Assembly (NCBI GenBank): GCA_050115495.1
Contig: JASFQK010000013.1
Span: 1 to 64,000, forward strand
From: Phycisphaerae bacterium
GTDB lineage: Bacteria > Planctomycetota > Phycisphaerae > UBA1845 > Fen-1342
Length of the DNA stretch: 64,000 nucleotides
Direction of reading: 5' to 3'
Shown: positions 38,636-46,239 of the stretch, in pieces
How positions within the stretch are numbered: the first letter of the stretch is position 1
Layout of the letters: every line of letters starts with the position of its first letter
The notes under the pieces: generated by a model
What the model saw: only the letters and a program-made list of their open reading frames with translations
What the model was told of the DNA's origin: nothing
The model's database searches: none
Made by a program: the position numbers and the translations under genes

Positions 38636-39877
38636 ATGCGTCGATTTGTAGACAGGCCGAGTTTGGCGGTTGGTGCGTCGCCAAGCATCGAAAAAACGAT
38701 TAGTCTCGTCGGCAAGAGGCTCACGGGGGCTATTCGCGCGGTGCTTGACGCCATCCCCGGCTACCCGTGCGGTCCACAGGAGTTGGCACGCACCCTCGGC
38801 ATCAACAAAGACCTATCCGGGCGTGCGCTGAATGCGTCTGATAAAAAAGACCCTCTTGCCGCCTTGCATCAGATGCCCGGACCAGCACCGCTTCGACAGC
38901 TCCTGAACGCCGCTCTGCGGAAAGGGGTCGCCAAGAGACTGATCGATGAGGCGGCGGAGGCGGTGCGACAATTCGATCTGCTGATTCGGCAACAGGCTGG
39001 CGACCGCGTGTCGCTCGATGGCATTATCAGCACATGGCTACCCGGCGCCCGCGAAAGATTCGAGATGTTCAACAAACAAGCCGTCCACCGCGGGATGGGG
39101 CAACTCAAGGGGGTGATGGCCGACGTGACGATCCAGACCGCGCTGCTGTACCCAGCGGCCGATGGCGAGCGTGTGGACGGCGTCTGGATTGCCGGCTCTG
39201 TGGGATTGCGGCGGATTCGCCCGACGGTGGTCGTGCATTACTGCTCGCATCGCCTGGCGCCGGACGCCCCTCGGGATTGCCCGCTCACCCTTGACGGCGA
39301 GCCGGTGGTTGGGCTTCGCGGACTGCTGCTTGAAGAATTCTGCTCATCCCCTCTTCCGGTCTTCGACGCGCGTCACCAAGGCACTGCTGTGCATTACACC
39401 TTGGCTGGCGACGCGGTGGGACCGGCTTCCGCGGTCGACCTGCTCTTTGCCGAATTGACGCTTGGCTGCATGCCGCGTTATCGGGATGCTGGCCAACTGA
39501 AGAAACACGGAGCATCGGCCGAAATCACGACCCCCACCAAGACGCTCATCTTTGACGCGTTCCTACACGAGCAGGTATATCCGGGATTGCAGCCCGAACT
39601 CGTGCTCTACGACACGGCGGTCAACGGCCTCGCCGACTTGAATGACCCGACCAGAGATATCGACCGCCTCGATGTGAACGAGACCGTCGAATCGCTGGGC
39701 TGGGGCGCGGCGATGTTTCGCGTCCCGGAGGTTGGCGACTACGTCGAAATCCTCCGTCACATTTTCGGCAGGATCGGCCGGGACGATCGTGAGTTCCGCG
39801 GCTACCGTTGTAAGGTGCAGTACCCTATCTATGGTTCGCAGCTCTGCATGGCTTTCACACCACCAGAAAAACCCTGA
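38636..39877 (+). CDS. Uncharacterised putative transcriptional regulator (N-terminal HTH-like), paralog of 52535-53797
   Basis: GPQELARTLGINKDLSGR HTH-like segment; alignable by eye with 52535-53797 at both ends. Confidence 0.75.
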   Translation: MRRFVDRPSLAVGASPSIEKTISLVGKRLTGAIRAVLDAIPGYPCGPQELARTLGINKDLSGRALNASDKKDPLAALHQMPGPAPLRQLLNAALRKGVAKRLIDEAAEAVRQFDLLIRQQAGDRVSLDGIISTWLPGARERFEMFNKQAVHRGMGQLKGVMADVTIQTALLYPAADGERVDGVWIAGSVGLRRIRPTVVVHYCSHRLAPDAPRDCPLTLDGEPVVGLRGLLLEEFCSSPLPVFDARHQGTAVHYTLAGDAVGPASAVDLLFAELTLGCMPRYRDAGQLKKHGASAEITTPTKTLIFDAFLHEQVYPGLQPELVLYDTAVNGLADLNDPTRDIDRLDVNETVESLGWGAAMFRVPEVGDYVEILRHIFGRIGRDDREFRGYRCKVQYPIYGSQLCMAFTPPEKP

Positions 39878-40077
39878 ACTCGACTCTCGCCTGTATTGCG
39901 TGAACCGATCGCCGCTCAACTACGCTGTGCCCCGCAAGCTGATGGGCACTCACCGCGCCTTTGTGCTTTGGGTGACTCCACGCTCACGAAATGGCTGTTC
40001 AGCGCGCCAGCAAACGCGGCGGGTGGAGCGAGGTCGTACCCGCCGCGTTGTGTTGCTGGTGATGTGATGGGCGGGCG

Positions 40078-41358
40078 TCAGGCCCGCATCGCGCCTCCGC
40101 CAATTCGGTCGAGCGGGAAGGGCGGTGAGGCCAGGGCCCGCACGGCCAGGGACATGAGCACCGCCTCGTTGTCGTCGCCGGCGATGCGGTTGGTCCGCAC
40201 GGCGCCGCACTGCTCGCAGCGGTGCACCAGGGTCCAATCGCCGCCGGGACGGGCCCAGATGGCGATGGGTTCCATCGCGCCGCCGCAACCGGCCGCCCGA
40301 TCGCCGGGACGAACGTCGAGGTGGACGCTCCAGAGGCATAGCGGGCAGTGATTGCGCTGCCGCGTGCCCTGGGCGTCGTAGGGGACGGGGGCGCCGCAGC
40401 GGACGCAGGCGAAGCCGCTGCCCGCGGGGGCTTCGGACGCCAAACGCTCTCCCGCGTCGCCGCCACGCCGCCGGTCATCACCCTTCGCCGCGAGCCGCAA
40501 GTAGCTCTGATATCGGCGGGGGTCGATGGTGCCGTCGGCGACGGCTGCCTTCACGGCACACCCTTTCTCGTGCGTGTGCGTGCAGTCGGCGCGGAAGCGG
40601 CAGCGGTCGAGCAGGGGGCGCATCTCGACGAAGCCGGCGGCGATGTCCCGCGCCGCCGACTCGGCGAGGCCGAACTCGCGAATGCCCGGCGTGTCGATGA
40701 GGAGGCCGCCTTCCGGCCAGGCGGTGGCGACGACCTCCGTCGTCGTGTGCCGGCCCTTGTGCGTGCGGCCGCTGATCGTCTGCGTACGCCGGGCGGTCTC
40801 GCCCGTCAGCAGGTTGGCCAGGGTGGTTTTGCCGACGCCGGACTTGCCGACGAGGACGCACGTTCGGCCGGCGAGCTGCGTTCGCAAGGCTGCGACGCTG
40901 TCGGGGTCATCCATGGCAACCAGTGCGACCGGATAGTCCAGACGCTCATAGAGTGCCGCATCACGGCGAATGGCAGCAGCAGCGGGCAGATCGGCCTTCG
41001 TCAGGCAGATCAGTGCCGGGATACCTTCCGCCTCGGCGGTGACGAGGTAACGGTCGACCAATGGCCATTTCGGCTTCGGGTCGGCGACGGCCGTCACGAT
41101 CACGAGGCGGTCGACGTTCGCCGCCAGGACCTGCTCGCCCGGCCGCGGGCCGGCGGCGCGGCGGCGCAGGGCGTTACGCCGTTGCTGTATTGCCTGCACG
41201 ACGCCGGTGTCGTCGGCGACGGCGGACAAAGCAACGAGATCGCCGACGACAGGCTGCTGCTCGGCGTGGCGCAGGCTGCCGGCCGGCGTGCAACGCAGCA
41301 CGGTGCCGGCGGCCGTGACGTCCAGATGTTCGCGCAGGCGTCGAACGACGACGCCCAT
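40078..41358 (-). CDS. rsgA: RsgA-family GTPase fused to a C-terminal RNHCP domain
   Basis: VVGD, AANVD, TKAD, GKSGVGKTT, GRHTT, DTPGIR, CRFRADCTHTHEKGCAV; then FACVRCG...QRNHCPLCLWSVHLDVRPGDRAAGCGGAMEP. ATG 41358 assumed (TGATG overlap with upstream ORF). Confidence 0.88.
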   Translation of the reverse strand: MGVVVRRLREHLDVTAAGTVLRCTPAGSLRHAEQQPVVGDLVALSAVADDTGVVQAIQQRRNALRRRAAGPRPGEQVLAANVDRLVIVTAVADPKPKWPLVDRYLVTAEAEGIPALICLTKADLPAAAAIRRDAALYERLDYPVALVAMDDPDSVAALRTQLAGRTCVLVGKSGVGKTTLANLLTGETARRTQTISGRTHKGRHTTTEVVATAWPEGGLLIDTPGIREFGLAESAARDIAAGFVEMRPLLDRCRFRADCTHTHEKGCAVKAAVADGTIDPRRYQSYLRLAAKGDDRRRGGDAGERLASEAPAGSGFACVRCGAPVPYDAQGTRQRNHCPLCLWSVHLDVRPGDRAAGCGGAMEPIAIWARPGGDWTLVHRCEQCGAVRTNRIAGDDNEAVLMSLAVRALASPPFPLDRIGGGAMRA

Positions 41359-41756
41359 CAACGTATCGGAAGGCGACGGCCGCCCGGCCGCCGCGGTAAC
41401 TTCATCAAAACCCACGGGAATACTCCGTAATGGCAATTCGTGCCGTTTCGGTCTCGATCGTTCAGACAGATCACAAAGCGCAGGCCACGAGCCACACGGG
41501 TCACTTTGGTTGACATCCAGTACTCCTGTTTTCGGGGGCTATGGCGCGGCGTTCGCCGCACCGGTTGGGACAAACCGCCGCCGGCGCGTCAAAACGCCGC
41601 GCCGCGGCAACGAGATCCGATAACGTTGTGATCAGGGGGATCAGTGCGCACAGCCACGGAGGGCAATGGAACGACGCGCGCGAGACAACTCAGCGCTGTC
41701 TGGGGCGGTCGTGCGGCCGTGCGAGTGTCTTAGGCAATGGTCAACATCAGTCAGTT

Positions 41757-41785
41757 ACTCTACAGAACCCCCGTTGCGGATGCAA
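41757..41785 (-). promoter_or_regulatory. Sigma70-type promoter upstream of rsgA-RNHCP
   Basis: TTGCAT-N17-TAGAGT on the minus strand. Confidence 0.55.
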
Positions 41786-41905
41786 GGCTGAATTCGCCGC
41801 CGGCGCACGCCGTCCCGTGCCGCATGATCACGGTTCGTGTGGGTGCCGATCGAATGACGGCGAGTCGCCGAACGCCGCTTCGTGAGCGTTGATTGACGCG
41901 GGCAG

Positions 41906-43423
41906 TTACGCGGCACGCCGGAGTCGAAGACCCTTCGGCACGACGATTCGGTCGATGAGCTCGAAGAACCCTTGCACCAGCAGGGCGAGAATCGCCGCCG
42001 GGATGGCGCCCTGCATGATCACGCCGTAGTCGTTGAGGCGGATGCCGGTGAAGATCGGTTCGCCGAAGCCGCCGGCGCCGATGAAGCCACCGAGCGTGGC
42101 GAAGCCGACATTGATGACGGCTGCCGTCTTGACCCCCGCCAGGATCATCCGCGAGGCGAGTGGCAGCTCGATCCGCCACAGCCGCACCCAGGGGCCCAGC
42201 CCGAGCGCGACGGCCGATTCCTGCAACTGCGGCGAGATGCTGCGGAGGCCGGTAAGCGTGTTCCGGACGATCGGCAGCAGGGAGTAGAGGAAGAGCGCTA
42301 CGACCGCCTGCGGATAGCCGAGCTCGTCGGAGAAATAGCTCACCGGGCGGATCAGGAGCACGAGCAGGGCGATGGCGGGGATGGTCTGGATGATGCCGAC
42401 GACGCCGAGGATCGGTTGGGCGAGTTGTGCCTTACGGGCGCCGATGACGCCGAGCGGAATCGCTACGAGCATCGCGGCGGCTAACGACACGGCCACCATG
42501 TTCAGGTGCTCCAGGGCATAGCGGATGATGTCCCGGGAGAGGCTCCGCTCGCGAACGGCGGAATGGATGCCCCGCGCCGTGGCCAGGAACTCCGCGGCGA
42601 CGCGGCCTTCGTCGGCTCCGTCGAGCTCGACGCGCGCGTTCATGTTCATCATCGCCGTCTCGTCGATCGTGCCCTCCAGGGCGTGGAGTGCGGCGATGAG
42701 TTGCGGCGCACGCTGGGCCAGCTCGTCGCGGTACACGTATACGGCGTGATATTGCGGGAAATGCTCGAGGTCGTCTTCGAGCCGCCGCAGATCGAGGCTG
42801 CGGATCTTCGCGTCGGTGGCGTACAGGTCGGTGACCTGAATCACGCCCTTGTCGATGGCCTCGTAGGCGAGGGCGTGCTCCAGGCCGCGGACGTCCTGCT
42901 GCGGCAGTTGATAGCGTTGGGCGAGTGCGTCCCAGCCATCCGCACGCTTCATGAACTCGTTGCTGAAACGCAGGATGAGGTCGGGATGATCGCGCAAGTC
43001 GCTGATGCGGCGGATGCCCATGTCGGCGGCCACGTCTTCCTTCATCCCGATGACGTACGTGTTGTTGAAGCCGAGCGGTTCGGTCATCTGCAGACCGGAC
43101 TCGGCCAGCTTCGCACGCAGGGCGGCCACGCCGCGGACACCCTGGCCGGCGAAGATCTCTTCGCTCATCGTGCCCGTGTACTCGGGATAGATGTCGATCT
43201 GTCCGGCCAGCAACGCTTCCCAGAGCAGCCGCGTGCCGCCCAGGCCCTCGACGTGCTCGGCCGTGAGTCCCTCACTGTCCGCCAGATGCGCGACGATCTC
43301 CGCCAGGATGACGGATTCGGTGAAGGCCTTCGAGCCGACGCGCACCGCCTGGGCCTGATCCGCGCTGGCCGGGGCCAGCAGTCTCAAGACGACCAGCAGC
43401 AGAATGCAGCGTGGCCCGTTCAA
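41906..43423 (-). CDS. Glycine betaine/osmoprotectant ABC transporter, fused substrate-binding and permease subunit
   Basis: VGSKAFTES, YPEYTGT, GFNNTY, IQTIPAIAL, YSLLPIVRNT, EAA-like ESAVALGL, IGAGGFG. Confidence 0.9.
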   Translation of the reverse strand: MNGPRCILLLVVLRLLAPASADQAQAVRVGSKAFTESVILAEIVAHLADSEGLTAEHVEGLGGTRLLWEALLAGQIDIYPEYTGTMSEEIFAGQGVRGVAALRAKLAESGLQMTEPLGFNNTYVIGMKEDVAADMGIRRISDLRDHPDLILRFSNEFMKRADGWDALAQRYQLPQQDVRGLEHALAYEAIDKGVIQVTDLYATDAKIRSLDLRRLEDDLEHFPQYHAVYVYRDELAQRAPQLIAALHALEGTIDETAMMNMNARVELDGADEGRVAAEFLATARGIHSAVRERSLSRDIIRYALEHLNMVAVSLAAAMLVAIPLGVIGARKAQLAQPILGVVGIIQTIPAIALLVLLIRPVSYFSDELGYPQAVVALFLYSLLPIVRNTLTGLRSISPQLQESAVALGLGPWVRLWRIELPLASRMILAGVKTAAVINVGFATLGGFIGAGGFGEPIFTGIRLNDYGVIMQGAIPAAILALLVQGFFELIDRIVVPKGLRLRRAA

Positions 43424-44172
43424 TGGATGGCCTCCGACGAGGATTCCAGCGGGCTGCGCTGGGCGTTGACGAACTCGGTGACGAATGCGTTGGCGGGCGA
43501 ATCGAGCAGCTCGCGGAAGGAACCGAGCTGGATGATCCGGCCTGCGCGCATCAGGACGATCGTGTCGCCGAAGTAGCCGGCCTCACCGAGATCGTGCGTG
43601 ACCATGACGACCGTCTTGCCCAGGGCGCGGAAGATGGAGCGCAGCTCCGCCTGGAGCCTGCTGCGGATCATGGGGTCAAGTGCCCCGAGCGGTTCGTCCA
43701 TCAGCAGCACGTCCGGGTCGAGCATGAGTGCCCGCATGAGGCTGACCCGTTGGCGTTGACCACCGGAGAGCTGGGCCGGGTAGCGATCGAGTCCGTCCGC
43801 GGGGAAGTGCGTCAGCTCGATGAGTTCGTTCAGTCGCTGCGTGATGCGTTCGGCGTTCCACCCCAGGTGGCGGGCGACGAGGGCCGCATTGCCGCGCGCG
43901 GTTAGATGAGGGAACAGGCCGCCATCCTGGATTACGTACCCCATCCGGCGGCGCAGCAGCATGGCATTGCTCGGCGTGAGTGCCTCGTCCTCAAAGAGGA
44001 TGTGGCCGGTGTCGGGGCGGATGAGTCCGATCATCAGACGCAGCAACGTGGACTTGCCGCAGCCGCTCGGGCCGATGAGGACGGTGGTCCGGCCCGCTTC
44101 GATCGTCAGGTCGAGCGGGTGCAGCGCTGCCACCGCGCCGAAGCGTTTCGAGATGTCGTGTAGTTCGAACAC
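43420..44172 (-). CDS. Osmoprotectant ABC transporter ATP-binding subunit
   Basis: GPSGCGKST, GYVIQDGGLFPH, LSGGQRQR, DEPLGALDP. Confidence 0.93.
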   Translation of the reverse strand: MFELHDISKRFGAVAALHPLDLTIEAGRTTVLIGPSGCGKSTLLRLMIGLIRPDTGHILFEDEALTPSNAMLLRRRMGYVIQDGGLFPHLTARGNAALVARHLGWNAERITQRLNELIELTHFPADGLDRYPAQLSGGQRQRVSLMRALMLDPDVLLMDEPLGALDPMIRSRLQAELRSIFRALGKTVVMVTHDLGEAGYFGDTIVLMRAGRIIQLGSFRELLDSPANAFVTEFVNAQRSPLESSSEAIH

Positions 44173-44245
44173 GTTTCATCCGGGCGCGGGCGAGGATGTG
44201 CGGTGCACGACTGCGGGGCGCAGGCGTCGCCGCCTCCGGGCCGCG

Positions 44246-44560
44246 CTAGTCGTCGACGTCGTCCTCTGCGTCGAGGTCGTCGTCGGGCTCGTCGAGCTCG
44301 CCGCTTTCGACCGCCTCGATCATCTCAACGAGCCACTCCAGGTCGCCCGCCTCCATGTCCAGCTCGACGCGTAGCACGACGAGTTCGTCCTCCTCGCTGG
44401 CGGCGGTCGCCAGGTCCCATTCGTGGCGCCCGTAGACGACCTCCTCGTCGTGGGTGGCCGCGTCAATGGCGATGACGACGTCCGCCTCCGCGAGCAGCTC
44501 GCGGCATTCACGCCCGCGCAGTTCGTCGATCGAGATCGTCGCTCCGTCGAAGTTACTCAC
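44246..44560 (-). CDS. Small, very acidic hypothetical protein
   Basis: 104 aa, Asp/Glu-rich, GC3-rich codons. Confidence 0.55.
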   Translation of the reverse strand: MSNFDGATISIDELRGRECRELLAEADVVIAIDAATHDEEVVYGRHEWDLATAASEEDELVVLRVELDMEAGDLEWLVEMIEAVESGELDEPDDDLDAEDDVDD

Positions 44561-45022
44561 CTTGCGTCACCTTCCGCCGGGCCGCCGAATGCCTGATACC
44601 CAACCGGCTTCGGTCCGTCGCCCTGCTCGTTCACTACTGGGTGGCGACGGCGTTGTCCTCGGCGGCCGGCGGCCCCGTCACCACGCCCCCGACCCCATGG
44701 ATTTAGATTGAACTCAAACTATATGATAGGTCGCCCGAACGTGCAAACGGAGGGTGGATGCGACGGCATGAACATAACATGTTTATGGGTATGCGGTTGT
44801 GCGTGTGTGTCTGTTTCGGCCGGTGCCGCGTTTTCAATTGTGACGAATCTTGCGGCGGGACGTGCGGGCTGTGTGGGGCGCTGATCGTGCGTTCGTTGGG
44901 GGGCGCGCCGCACCGGCTCGCCGGCGGGCCGGTTCACGTCCCGCGGGCGGTCACGGTGTGATCTTGCAGTGGCGGCCGCGGGCTGCGGCAACGAGCCGGC
45001 TGGTCCAGCGAGACCCGCGTGG

Positions 45023-46054
45023 CTACCGCCGCACTTGCCTGACGGCCAGCCCGAGGCTCGTGGTCAGCAGGAGGAGCGAGCCGGGCTCCGGTACGCGGGC
45101 GACGCGGAAGCCGGAGTCCATCGAGTCGTGCGTCGGCCTGCCGTAGTCGAACCGGCAGCCGGCGTTCATGAAGTCGTTGATCACGTCGATGTAGGATCCG
45201 CCGCGCAGGCCGCGAACCGTGCCCTGGGTGCCGGTAAACACGGCCTCGTTCCATTCCCACACGTTGCCGCCCTGGTCGAACGTCCCGTAGCAACCCCCGG
45301 ACAGCGAGAAGAAACCGACTTCCGTCCGCCAGTAGGGGGCCCCGATGGTGTGATCGCCGTCGTAGTAGTTGGCCGTATTGCCTGTGTCGCCTTCCGGGTT
45401 CCCGTTGTTCGGCGTCGTGTCCGAGCCGGTGGGGTAGTTGTAGTAGTGGCCCGTCACGCCGTCGTTGTAGTGATAGGCGGCCTTGTACCACTCATCCTCG
45501 GACGGGATGGCCCACGTCGCGTTCGGCTTGCGCACGACGGCCAGCAGGGCGGCCCGCGTCACCGCCCCGTTCAGGAAGTACGAGCCGTCCTCGGTTGTCG
45601 TCAGGTCCTGAACGCCGCTCGGCTGGCCGTTGTGCAGCCAGTTTACGAAACGGGCCGCGTCGCCCCAGTTGGTGTAGTTAACCGGGCGATTGGCCCACTC
45701 CGCGGCGACCGAGTACGTGAAGCTGCCCGACGAGCCGCTGCGCTGAATCCGGCAGCCGAACGAGTCGCTGAACATGGCGGTGTTGTACAGACCGTACGTG
45801 TCCGTGCGGGCCACGGCGTTGAGAAACTCCGTGTACTGCCCGGCGGTGACCTCGTACTTGCCGATGGCGTAGACGTAATCTACCGCGCCGCAGACGCGGT
45901 CGGGACCGTAGCCGCCCGGTGCGCTGGCCCCGGAGATCTCGCCGACGTTGCCGGGATTACCGATCGTCACGGTTTGGATGTCCACCGCGTGCGCGACGGA
46001 GGCGATGACCAATAGCACGGCGACCTGCGCTACGAACTTCCTTACTCCGCTCAT
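45023..46054 (-). CDS. FGE-sulfatase (SUMF1-like) domain exported protein with PEP-CTERM tail
   Basis: IGKYEVTAGQY, RPVNY, PSEDEWYKAAY, GTFDQGGNVWEW, RGGSY, GFRVARVPEP. Confidence 0.9.
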   Translation of the reverse strand: MSGVRKFVAQVAVLLVIASVAHAVDIQTVTIGNPGNVGEISGASAPGGYGPDRVCGAVDYVYAIGKYEVTAGQYTEFLNAVARTDTYGLYNTAMFSDSFGCRIQRSGSSGSFTYSVAAEWANRPVNYTNWGDAARFVNWLHNGQPSGVQDLTTTEDGSYFLNGAVTRAALLAVVRKPNATWAIPSEDEWYKAAYHYNDGVTGHYYNYPTGSDTTPNNGNPEGDTGNTANYYDGDHTIGAPYWRTEVGFFSLSGGCYGTFDQGGNVWEWNEAVFTGTQGTVRGLRGGSYIDVINDFMNAGCRFDYGRPTHDSMDSGFRVARVPEPGSLLLLTTSLGLAVRQVRR

Positions 46055-46239
46055 CGTGTGTTCTCCAACTGCAAAGGTGCTGACCCCGGGCCAATGAGCA
46101 GTGGCCGGCTTTCCCGGCGCGCGCTCCTGCGCCGTTCACTTCGAATTGGGGCGGCAGAATCGCTCACGGAAGGCGTGAAATCAGGGATGATTCACGCGTG
46201 TTTTCGGGGATGGTGGCAGGGGGGCATACGCCGCGGTCG

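Noticed and set aside
23860..40000. Intact prophage, ICE or defence island after tRNA-Pro
   Set aside because: No integrase, phage structural, conjugation or recognisable defence genes; only remnants.
44758..44961. Cys-rich 67-aa ORF as a RiPP or metallothionein precursor
   Set aside because: Cys codons arise from TG-rich low-complexity sequence, codon usage is atypical and no modifying enzymes are nearby. Not supportable without homologs.
45023..45300. FGE/CLec-fold C-terminus as a diversity-generating retroelement target
   Set aside because: No template-repeat copy and no reverse transcriptase were seen in the window. The four-helix-bundle fragment at 28 kb is distant and broken.
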